A stretch of DNA of 62,565 nt, counting the filler, from Sphacelaria rigidula (Eukaryota), in the NCBI GenBank assembly GCA_964200075.2. It is 5 parts of 5 records of this genome, joined end to end, with 100 filler letters (N's around TTAATTAATTAA, not from the genome) between each part and the next. Parts side by side here need not be neighbours in the genome. Positions count along the whole stretch, not along the records: positions 50,135 to 62,565 come from CAXNAA020003779.1; 4 more parts are not named here. The stretch is one strand, 5' to 3'. This document shows positions 51,045 through 62,565 of this stretch, piece after piece (position 1 is the stretch's first letter; each line of letters opens with the position of its first letter). The position numbers and the translations under genes are program-made. Below the pieces are notes generated by a model. It ran no database searches and was not told the origin of the DNA. It saw only the letters and a list, made by a program, of their open reading frames with translations.

Positions 51045-52648
51045 GTTTTGTTATCGTGTTGTCGTTTATTTTCGTCGTTGGCTTGCTCGTCTATTTTTCG
51101 GGTCAGCCTGGTTAACTCACTGTTCGGCTACCTCCTTTTCTCGTGCCGTCCTTCGTCCTGACGGAAAAGAGGATGATAGTACGCATGTAGAAGATAAAGG
51201 ATAGATTATGTGATTGTATCAGAAGCGACGACTAGGGGAAATAGAGATGATGCAACGCAGCAATCATGTAGTGGAGAACTTTGAGGGAGGGGGGTGCTAT
51301 CTAGAATGACAATGTAGGGTATGGGAGACATCTGCGGGAGGTTGTGTTTCCCTTCGTTGGGACTTCTGCGTTGCAGCTGCCAATTTAGACTGGAGGCTTT
51401 CCAACGCCAACAGTGTGAGAACTCACTTATCTGAACTTGTCTGTAATCAAGGACTACGTAGTGAATGAACTACACTGTGCGAAATAAGCGTGGTTCGCGG
51501 CTACATGCAATCTGCGCCGTCCGGATGGCCAGCTCGGGCAGCCTGTGCAACAATGAAAAAAGTGGCGGGGTCATTCCAGGCGCAGTCGGTGACAGTACAG
51601 TGTTTGGCTCAAGATCAGAGCAAAGATGAACGATGCCAGCTGTTGGGTCTGAAGACGATTGGGCTGAGTTTGTGGTGAGACACTACACGGGGTATGGTGA
51701 CGGATAAGCGACACGACAGTGTTGCCTCTCACCCTTTCTGGTGCATTCTGCTGTACTCTCTTGTAACGGCACCCACCGCACTCACTGTCTGTTTCACCTT
51801 CGTAAACATGGGCAGGGATGGACTGGGGATTCCTTGGTGGAATAGGCTGGTGTACGCCAAAGTGCGGATCCCAAGACGCAAGGATGATGACTTAACATCG
51901 ACCATACGCACAATGCTCCCTTCCGTACATCCAAATCAGAAACACCGCATACCCACTCATCAGACGTCGGTACTTCCCCAGTCGGATCAATTTAAGTTCA
52001 CAGACCGCACGCCCAAGCATAATGTCACAAACAACGTAAACTGCGCACTCGATGAAGATGTTTCGTCGAGTTGTGAGCAGGCAGCGCTGACCGCGACATA
52101 TGTCGTACAGCCGTGCATTACTATACAACAGCTTGATGCAGAGAAATATGCAAAGCATCATCATTCTATCCCCTACATGGCAAATGGCATAGTACACTTG
52201 CAACTGGGGAGCGTTGCATGGTTCATAGCGACACCCAAAAGGTTGTCACCATGGAACATCCACCTCCCCCATCTGTGCTGTGTACACCGCCTGCACTCGC
52301 GCGCACCGCCCAAACTCGCAACACGCGCTTTCTTTGTGTTGCATTCGAGAAAGATGTGTACTGTTCTACTTGTTGATACACCATGATGATCACATGAACA
52401 ATACCTGCCTGTGCTTCGTTGCTGTATGTGCACCCCTGCTCTGCTGGCGTCGTGTGTGCCCCCCTCGTAAGTTAGTTTCGAGAGAAAGCCTGAATCTCTG
52501 AAGCCGAGAGAAATCCCACTTTGCGGCTGAAAAGAGTGTGCTGCTTGGTCATTTTTTAATATACATTTATGTCATACTCCATTATGCTCAATAAAGCAGG
52601 GGTGTACGAGGAAGTAAGTAGAGAAGAACATGTCCGCAGAGGCAGGGA

Positions 52649-55600
52649 GTGGAGATCGAAGCATTGGGGGCAATTGTTGGGGGTGCTGGCGCTGGAACTT
52701 CGCCGCAGGTTTCACAAGCGTTGCAAGGAGTAAACGTGAGGTGGGAGCTTACCTCCGGCGCCCAAGAGTTTTCATGGATCTGCCCTTGCGGGCATAACTT
52801 CGGGAACGGGGACCGCGTCCAACACAACGTTCAGCAGCACACGGATTCAGAGGCCCACACGTAAGCACGACTGAGATATCAGTGCCAGATGGAGCGCAGA
52901 TCATTATCTCGTTCGATCGTCGTTGCATTCTCGACAGTACCTGCTCACACTGCATTCTTCACATACGCATGACCGACTGCATATATGACGTTGAATAACA
53001 CCCCTCGATGATAGGTGTTGTTGTCCTCGATTTTTCGCGATGTAAAGCTGTAGCGACGCGGAAACTTGTGTCGTAGGCAAGTGATAGAGGAAGCGTTGTG
53101 TTCACGTGCCCATCCACGAGGTATTATGACTGTGCAGGCTATTTCCTGCAGAGGAATGCGAGATTACAATCATTGCGTAGGAAGAGATCGCGACGTCAAC
53201 GGTATGCACTGTCTTACTACTTGATACCGTTAGTTCTTGATACTACTGTACAACTGCCTACACAACCTGGACGTATTCTTGTCCCCGTCGCATTCACGTC
53301 TCACTTGTTAGCCAGGAAGGGGATAGAGCGCGCAAAACGCAAAAGACAAGATATACTGAGCACTCAAAGAATCACGTTGTTTTTTGGCACACAACAAAGG
53401 GGGGCAGACACCGGCGCGTCTCCCGGAGCACCGCGTACAGTTGTGCTCATGGATGACGATGGGAGGGAGGCAGATTTCGAGGAGGAGAGAGGTGGGGAGG
53501 TGGATGTAGAATTATTGAGCGCAGTGCAGCAGGAAGGAGAAGAAAAGGAGGAGGAGAAGGGCATGTCGTCGTTTCCTGAAGCCCCGCCGGGTTCTGATCC
53601 TTCAGCGCGTTCTACGGCAGTTGTTGGGGTCCGTTGCCCAGGATATCGGTACCGTGTGGAAAGCAAACACGCCGAAGACGCCGATTTCAATGATATGGAC
53701 CACTATCCCTTTGCGATCCACGCGAAGCGGTATCCAATCCCAGCGTGGTCGGTTTCGTGCGCCGACGGAGACGTGCGCCTGCATGCGCTCAAGACCTTAA
53801 CATCTTCTGGTTGCACCGATGTGTGCAACGGTACTGGACCCTTTCCTACTCCGTGCAACGCCTGCTACGACCTCGAATACAACACGAAACTGAAAGGTGA
53901 GAGTACTTCAAACTGCGTGCAACATGAGCGTGCAGAGAGGGTATGCGGCTGACGGTATCCACTTACCGCAGGGCCCCTTCGTCTTTGCATCATTTTGTGA
54001 CATGGATAGCGATTGATTATACCCATGAAACGCCACAAGAGAAAGGTTATTTTCATTAACCTCGCTGGCACAAATGACATCGTTTTTGCGTTGAATCATG
54101 AAGAGTACTTACCATACTCCGCTGTACTCACCTCTGTGTTTCCTCTACCCCGCGTATTCAACTGCAGAGATCAAAAAACGTGCAGGGTGGTGCCGGACAG
54201 ATGACGCCGTGAAGTTGGACGCTCTGAACTACGACTACCTCACCTACTCGCAGATGGTAGAGCGAGCGAAGTACCACCACGATAAGACGAGGAATATCCG
54301 CCTCTCTAGGTACAACTCCTCGAAAAAAATGGAAAGGCTCAGGAAAAGCCCCTCGAAAAAACCGGAGAGGCTCGTGAGAAACCTGGACGTGTACAAGCGC
54401 ATAGTCATGATGGTAGGCACCGAAGACATCCCGGGGATAAAGCGCGTGTTCGGGCAGGCTCTGCGGAAGGGCAGATCAGTTCATGCGCTCTTGGCGTTGC
54501 TGGCGAGTACTGTAGACGGGCACTACCGCGCTCGGACTGCATACGACGAGAAAGACCTGTACCTGCCGACTGTCGTCATGAAGATTGGAGGTCCGTCCCT
54601 GATGCATGTTCTCCACCAAGCCGCCGACATGCCTGGCGTGTCCTGGACCCAGAATCAGCTTCGCGCCGGCAGGGTAAGAACCGCGACACCATTGTTTCAC
54701 AGAAATAGCTGAAACTATTCTACACGGTACACTCCCCACGTTGTGCAACAAAATGAACTATGGCCAGGGTTACAGGTAGGAACGGCGACAAATGCTTGCT
54801 TATATGCAATTGTTGGCGCCGCAGTTTTGCATTCCACCAACATTTGCGAGGACACCGCTTTTAACGTGACATTTCAATTGCCATGCGTCTCGTCCTTTAG
54901 GCACCGAAATTTTGGACGTGCGCAACGGGCGCCGACACTGCCATCAAAGCAGCTCTTCAGGCGAACATCGGGAACGTCGTGGCTGCCATGAAGGAGGATG
55001 GGCGATTCACGTGGACGCTGATGGCCGATGAGGTTGCCGTCAACCCCCGCGTAAAGTGGGTAGGAGGCGACGGAAATTACAACGGCGACAACCAGGTGGA
55101 CATGTATTTTCAGGGTACCGGAAATTACCGGTGGTAGTACAGGTGCTACGGCCGTGTCTCATTGAGACGAAACGGTGGGTAAGACACGAAGGTAGCAACC
55201 CTGCCTCCGCTCCGACAGTGCACCCCAAAAGAATCCCCGCGTTGCGCATTTTATTTCATGACCACACGATCGTCTAAAGCCTGTGTAATAGGCATGATAC
55301 AAAACAATCCAGCCGGTAACCAATTGTTTTTTTGCCACATTTTCGTCCTGAAACAGCAGGACCCCCTCAACGGGCGGAGTAACGTAAAAGCTAGCGTCCC
55401 CCTTTGTTGCTTTACTCTGAATTTCGCAGGCGATTGGATTTTGCGGCGTACACACCATGTCCGGCGTGGATACGACGGTAGTGGACGAAGACTCGCTGTT
55501 GGATCTGAAGGAAAGGCTTGATTCCGGAGATTTTCACCTGGGGAGGGAAGCAACGACGCTTGCTCTCGCGCCCATCGGCGGATATTCCGGAACTACATTC

Positions 55601-58600
55601 CCGGTTCTGTGCTTGCCAACATGCAATGCATCATGCCCGGAGTTAGGCACGAAGATGTTCAAAACGGTGAGATAGTGTTCACCGTCAACCCGCCGATTTC
55701 GATTGACGTACACCTCGTTGCTTATCCGACCTCCCTCGACCCCGACCCCAGCGCACTCACGTTGTACAAATGCCTTCCGCTCCCACAATCACAGGCGCTC
55801 GAAATTTGGGAACAGAAAGCGGAGGACGAATTGGGCCCCATAACGAACATTGCGACGGGCGGCGACGCGGAACGGCGCCGTCTCCTTGTAGAGGGATATA
55901 CGACCACTGATCTCCGAGACTTGCCGGGCACGTGGCAGAAGTCGCTGATCGAACTTCCCCTTTTCAACAAGCAGGTCGGTCCTCGCGGCATCTCTCATAA
56001 TTTTGATTGGAAGCACATGGAAAAGCGCAAGCGTCAGCGTGACATGTGCAAGACGAAGGGTAACCAGATCGGAGAAGGCGGCACGCTGAATGCAGAAACT
56101 ATTATTCCCGTGTTCGACATCATCTTCGGGAAAAAAGACTGGAACCCCCTTTTTCAACCTCAAGACAGGTAATTATCGCACTGTTCCTCATTAAGTAGTA
56201 TTTTGTCGGTGACACGTCGCGCGCCTGCTTCTCTGTACCTTAATTTTTTTCTTGCCGATGGTGTGCACCTTTTGCAAGCGAATTTGACTGATTTGCTGTA
56301 ATTAACTACTTGTGGTTCCTCATCGTGCCGCCTGTTGTGCAGCCAGGACATTTCCGCTGTGGTCAGGCTGATGAGAAAGATGTGCGAGGCTGCTGCGATA
56401 GACCCCAGCTCCTTTCCTCGCCTCAAAGAGAACGTGCATCTGTCCAGAATCCACCAGGACCTGAAGGTGAGTGTAACTGAGATTCGTGACTAGCACCGTT
56501 TTTTTTAGCAGGAGCTGCGCAAGAGCTTCCATCAGTGTTCTCCTTGATCGCGGATTGACCCGCCAAAGTTCTCATTCCTCGCAGCCGTGGTATTTATTCA
56601 TTTGCGCTTGTTGCTGCTGGAGTGCGGTTGCGTGGTTGACACAAAGATGTATGGTGTGGGGCGAGTTGGCAGTCATGTGTGTCAAGCAACAATGTTTGCT
56701 GTCAGGACGCATATCAGAGAGCTTCGGAAACGCTGTTTTTTTTTTTTATTTCAGAGTGCAAATATCCCAGAACCAGTGTATGACGAAAAATGATTTCCCC
56801 CTCCGTCAAATGTGCGATCCCCTTAACTTTGTTTCGATGAGTTTTTTTTGCTTATTCTGCACTCTGATCCTGAGATATTTGCACTCTGAAATGCCAGAAG
56901 GCGTTCTCCGCAACAGTCTATTGTCAAACACAGCCCACTGCATTAACTGCGGAGATTGACAACGTCGCTCTCCGGTCGAAACCTGAATTTCGAGCACATG
57001 GCGATATTTCCCTTCACATATATGCATAAAAGCGGTGCCCGACGGAGCAAGGTTTCATTTGCATTTCGCGCTTCCGCTGCAGGTCCGAGCAGTGATCAAC
57101 GAGCACATGTTAGCAGTGCTACTCGGAAAGGGCAAGGGAGTGGCAGACATTCTTCGGGGCTTGTCGTGTGTGTCGCACCTTTTCCTATACCTCTTCCGGA
57201 CCAACAAGGACTCCTTCTGCCCGTCCCAGCTGTACCATGACATCCAAGCATCCGTGCGTAGTGCATTCTGCATGGTTGCGCGGGCGATGGATGTTTGCCC
57301 GCACCGTCCCTTCTACTTCTCTCAGCTGGGAACTGACAGGCTGGGACAGGTCTTTGCTTTCGTTCGCACCATAACCCACTCCGGGAACTGCGACCTCCTT
57401 GAGCTTAGCGACCGACTTTCCGCAGCTACGCAATTGGCGCACGTCTGGGGGTCCAATCCGACGTGGCGCCATCCGTCCAAGCGGCTCAACCAGGGTACCG
57501 CGGACCACAACAACACCATCTCGTGGGGCGAGCACGACCACATCCGCGTGTCAGGGGTAGACCTCCGGCAGTGCTGGATACGTGGTCGGGATGAGGCCGT
57601 GAGCGTGCTTTTTGCACACCCCGACTACAGGGGGGTCACGGTAGACACGTTCCGCAAACTTGACAAGGCCGGGGCCACGATGTTCGAACCCTTCGGGTGA
57701 GTAACTTCACGGCGTGACAGCTCGATGTGGTTCTCGATATGTTTTGATCGCCGCAAACGTTGTTTGTGACAGGTGAACATATGTAGTTCCCCCACACTAG
57801 TATTGGCATCCGCGCAGCTGGTGGCGCACGGCCGATGTTGCAATGAGCTGGGGATCGCAATACACTGAGGCTATACGGGGGGAACAACATGTGTGCGCGG
57901 TACTGGGCTCGCCACGTCAACTGCCACATTCCAGCCTCGATGCGGTCAATAACCATCACTTGATTTACCCCTTAACGTGCAATCCACATCAGATGCGAGA
58001 ATGGGATGCCTGGGGTGGGAACAGAGCCCGAAGATAACGACGTCGAGAACGATCACGGAACCGAGCAGACGCAGGAGGCCACACGGGGAGCACCAGGTGC
58101 ACCGACGAGCCAGAGTCTCCCCCTGGGGGGAGGGGGCGACGGAGATGGTGGACAGGAGGGCACCGAACAGCTTGCGCGTAAGGTGGAGGGCGAAGAAGAT
58201 CGTGATATGGAGATGCTTTTCGATACGGCGTTGGAAAGATGTACTGTCTCAGCTCGATCAACAGTGAAGCTGGATATTACGGTTAATTCGGTAGAAATGC
58301 AGAAGAGTCGCGCTGTTTACTCCATCTTCACTTCAAGCACCACCACCCAGATGTCGACGGACCGTCTGCGCCGTGTAATGGGCGAGACCGTGATAGTGTC
58401 GCCGACTGCCTCCATCTTGGATGATCATGAGCCTGGATGCGCAGCCAATCTGTCCTACGGTGACCCATTCGTTGCTCGGGTCGCCGTCTCCACACAGGGC
58501 AACTGGGCTTTAGGGCTATTCGCGACGACGAAGGCGCCGGCTAGCGACGATCCCGACGACGCGAAAAAAGTACATGGAGCCCTACTACGGCTGGAGCATA

Positions 58601-59858
58601 AGCGGGTAGAGGCGAGCGACAGTGCAGATGAGGATGAGGGCGGTGCTGACGAAGCATGGTGTTGGACGGGCGGAGTGGTGAAGGGTCCCCCGTTGAAGCT
58701 GTGGCCAGCAGACGTGACCCCTCTTAACCCGGAAATGACAAAATCTCTAGATGGTTACTACTTCTCGTTGGAGATTTTGCAGCGGGTCTGGGAAGACATC
58801 TTGACCAAGGCGGACGACGGGATCGCCCTACCAATTGTCACTGGCGCCAGAGCCGCTCAACTTCCGTATCACCCCACCTTGGCGCAAGCTGATGCCCACG
58901 TGGGTAGAGCACAACGAGCAGCAACAGCGGCCAAGCTCCAGTGCAAGCTGTGTAAGGTCTTCGTTGACGCTGAAGTAATGCACGCCCACGTCGGGCAACA
59001 CCTGCTTTTGGAGCGGGTCACACGAGCGGTGAGTTTCACATGGGCGAATACTGAGGGTTATACCGAGACCAAACTATTAACATTCGTTCGCAGTACACGA
59101 AAACTCGCGCACAGCATGTTGGATACCAAATATAACATGTGGTTTTCTGTAGCTTAGTTCCCATCAGCTCTGTTTTTTGGACCAATCCGTCTTCAGTGCA
59201 ATCCGTCTTCAGTGCAGGAGCATGATGTCTCCTTTGCAGGCGCCAATGCTGTCACGTGATTTTCGGTGTATTTTTCATCATTTGGTGATGACATCATATA
59301 TTTTGCTGCTACCGTGATGTCGCCCAGGAGGTCGGCGACGTGGCCAAACGCGACGATATTTGCGGGTTTTGTGGAGTTGCTGGGCGCTGCCACGTGGATG
59401 TCAGAACCAAGGGCAAGGGCAAAAGAATCCAGCACCAGCTCCAGTCGACCTGCGACTACGCTCCAAAGAAGGACATGCAGTATAACGACGTGGATATTTC
59501 GGTGGCGAGAGTGCGGTCGAGTAGCGTTGCAGAGCCGTGCACAAACTTGCCAATCGACTGCAAACTGTGCAGTAGTCGTGGTCAGACAGTGTCTATATGG
59601 AAGTACAACTTCGATTCGCATGTTGAGCTACGGCACGGGGGGCCGGAAAGCAGTGACGCAAAAGCTCACGAGAAGTTTTTAGAATCCGTCAAGATGGGTG
59701 AGGCGGAGGTGGAGGCCGTAAAGAATCTAAACAAGAGGACGGGTAGACCATCGCGAAAGAGAGGGTCTATTGATGACGGTGACGAGGAAGGGAGTGGAAG
59801 GATCACGCCCAAGCGGAGTAGGGGCCACAGGGGTGGGCGTAGTGCAGAGAGCGAGTAG
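52649..59858 (+). CDS. Intron-containing P-element/THAP9-superfamily-like transposase with multiple Cys/His zinc-finger-like modules (~1470 codons)
   Basis: Phase-consistent exons: ~52649-52860, 53316-53896, 54168-54673, 54901-55095, 55430-55666, 55795-56168, 56343-56466, 57083-57696, 57993-59028, 59328-59858 (TAG). Motifs in order: LMADEVAV, IATGGD, FDWKHMEKR, PQDSQDI, GTDRLGQVFAFVR. Start codon uncertain. Confidence 0.75.
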
Positions 59859-60084
59859 TCACGCCTCAAGCGGGCAGGCAGGGGGTGACAGGCGGGGAGG
59901 CGATGCGGTATTCAGCACGGATGAACCGGCTTCCGAATGATCAATTTGAAGTACGAAGTGTCGCTGTCGTGTATCGATCGCTATTTGCGGGTCTTGGAAG
60001 CGTGGGTTACATGGGATTGGACTATTAGTTAACGGTACAGGCTGGTTCAGGTTTATCACCCAAAAAACACTCATCGGCAAAACC

Positions 60085-60900
60085 TCATGCCGGTTTCAGG
60101 GGTTAGACCCTGAAATTTTGCACAGATGTTCTGTGGGCCATTGCGCAACTACCGAAGGTCGAGGTGTTCTGATTTTTTACCGTTTTTCGGGGGTCCCAGT
60201 TCTGTCGGGGAAACATCGATCCAATCGGACCCCCGTAAAACGGTTGAGAAAAAAACTCGAAAAACCTCGTTCGTCCAAAGTTGCGTTATGAACCATAGCA
60301 CAGTTGTGCAAAATTTCAGGGTCCAACTCCTTGAAGTGGCGTGAGTTTTTTCGCTTTTGTGCGATGAACTTTGACGTGCCGCAGTGAAACCGCAAACTAC
60401 TTGATTTTAGTACAGAAACGGCGTTTTTCGGCCTTCTCTGACGTGAACAAGAAAATTCAAGCATTAGTTGATCGATTTTTGCGACGAAATTTTGTGGAGC
60501 TCTTCCTTGGGTTATGCGGCGACAGCTCGTTCACAAACAAAATGGAGAACAAAATCGTAGTGCCGGTTTTCCGGGGTCCCATAATGAAGACTACGTCGAA
60601 AAACGACTTGGATCCTGTCAGATCCCGAAAAACGGTGAAAAACTCAAGAAGTAAAAACAATCTCGTCCACATAAAGTTGAGTAATGACACATAGCATTTT
60701 TGTGCAAAGTTTCAGGGTCTAATTCCTTACAACAGCGTGAAGGTTTGCGCGTTTGTAGAGGACGTGGGCTTGAAATGTGCAAGTAAGTACTTGATGTTAG
60801 TATCGAAACGTCTTTTTCGGTGTATTATAAGTCAAGGCAAGAAAAATTGTATGAGGTTTTTAAAATTCTTCACCAAACTTTGTACATGTGTTCCTTGGAC
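60085..60900. repeat. Direct and inverted sub-repeats downstream of the transposase-like gene
   Basis: TGTGCAAA(A/G)TTTCAGGGTC...TACTTGAT(T/G)TTAGTA at ~60305-60430 and ~60700-60820. An inverted CCCTGAAATTTTGCACA lies at ~60108-60124. Confidence 0.65.
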
Positions 60901-62565
60901 TTTGCCGGAACGCATCATGTTACTATTATTTTTTGGAGTATTCTGTAATTTTGATCTCGGAACAATTTGACGGGCGCTGATTGGTCGATATACCTTTTCG
61001 CCCTTAGCGCTACTTCTATGGCCTTACACACAAATCCGGCTATGTCCCGCTCTTCGGCTGTCCATGGCGGTCAGTATGATATCATGCATATGACTATTAG
61101 GTAGGTATTGCGAAAGGCATTTGCTGATCACACAATTCTGGGTGATAAGCGTGAACCAGCCTGTAGAGCTTGGGTAGAGTCCATGCGGTAGTCCAGTCGT
61201 CCGACTCGTTTTTCAGGCATGTCTGGGTTTCTTGCTGTATCAGAGTGTTCATGTATTCGGGATATCTCCTAAGTCTGGCGCCGCTGTCGCATTTTCCTTT
61301 GTATTTACCTCCGTTTTTGATTGCCTTCTCCTTGGCCCTCCTTTCGGGGGGAGGGTGGGTCCTGCCTACTGTCAGCTCCCTTCCTGTTCCTCTATATCCT
61401 GCTAGTGTTCGTGATTTTTTTCTTTCTTCTTTTTCGAATGACATTCGTCGTGTGACCACAGTCGGAGTGGTGGCAAATATTGAAAAAAAAAGTAGGTGTG
61501 ATCCAGACCCGCATCGCGGTCTAAGGTTGAATAAGTGAATCAGTTTATTGTATTTATGTATGTTGGCGATAATAGAACAATGGTCACGATCACAACGACT
61601 GTTTTTTCCAGCACCCTGGGCCGATTTACTGCTGTTCCCCAGTGTTGAGCAGGAATACTTGCAAGTCGGTCGAGGCAGTATAAAATCGAAGCCTCTTTTG
61701 GTGCAAGCAGCGATCTCTTTTCATTTTCGCCGGCATGATTTAGATATCCGATACTAATGTTGGAAAATATATATATGCCCACCCCTCGGCCCACCCCATG
61801 ATATATACACCGGACCCGACTTTATTTGAAGACCTCACCTGCTTATTGATGCAACAGTTCACGCTCGGATAGCGGGAATATGATCGTAGTATTTTTACGG
61901 CGAACAATCGAGACGGCGAATTGGATGCCCTCCGGTACAAAACCATTTTTGGCCGACACTGGCTTTGCAATTTGTTGGAAATTGATCGACCTTCAACATG
62001 AATCTCACATTAATTTCATCTCCGAGCTGTCACTACCCCAGTGTTTAGTATTGGTTTTAGACCCACCACGTCCAACATTTCCTTTGCAACCTCTCCTTAT
62101 GATGTATCTCAGTGCAGTATGATGGCGACATGTAGAGATACGCGTTGGATGAACTTCGCTGTCTGCTCAAACGCAGGCAAACTGCGTGATCATATTTTAC
62201 CTATTATCTAGAATACCATTTTTGTGCCGGATGGTAATTCCGCAGTCAAGTTACATCACAGGCGCAGCATGTGTATTGCATATAATTCGGTAGCAGCACA
62301 GAACTACTCGTCGTCCAGCGCCCTCCCCAGCATGGTAGCCGTAGCACGGCAGTAGCTTGGCTGAAGTTCTAAGCCGGCAACCGCCGGTCTTGCCGAAGCT
62401 ATTATTGCGCGACTCAACGCTCATTATCCAGCGACCACCGCGACTCAAAAGTCATTATCCATCCGGCAAATTTGCTCCACATGCAACAAGGGGCCCTACA
62501 CAAGGGGCCCTACAGACTGGAAAACAGTGTTCACCCCCCCAATTTCCCGAAAACCTCATTCTGGG

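Noticed and set aside
51694-52386. 230-aa ORF between RPN1 and the transposase-like gene
   Set aside because: No recognisable motif or exon structure; likely a chance ORF.
52382-52400. CATGATGA as a P-element left TIR
   Set aside because: Only weak complementarity to ~61070-61087, and no TSD.

Overview
Eukaryotic, intron-rich, repeat-rich DNA. The gene content and intron/MITE landscape suggest a stramenopile, probably a brown alga (inference). The window is not one locus: it is five contigs of steadily decreasing length (1-12435, 12536-24969, 25070-37502, 37603-50034, 50135-62565) joined by artificial 100-nt N-TTAATTAATTAA-N linkers. Contig 1 holds the 3' exons of a Patched/Dispatched-family membrane protein, with introns full of nested MITEs, including a 217-bp TGT...ACA element carrying TTAGGG-like repeats. 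Contig 2 holds three importin-11-like exons, many MITEs and a 5S-rRNA-derived fragment. Contig 3 holds a ~6.8-kb hierarchical satellite, then a decayed gene and a Harbinger-like terminus. Contig 4 holds a decayed LINE and a 10-exon gene of unknown function. Contig 5 holds exon 1 of proteasome subunit RPN1 and, head-to-head with it, a 10-exon ~1470-codon gene with P-element/THAP9-type transposase motifs and zinc fingers. Two putative catalytic acidic residues in that gene are Gly. It is the most notable candidate in the window.
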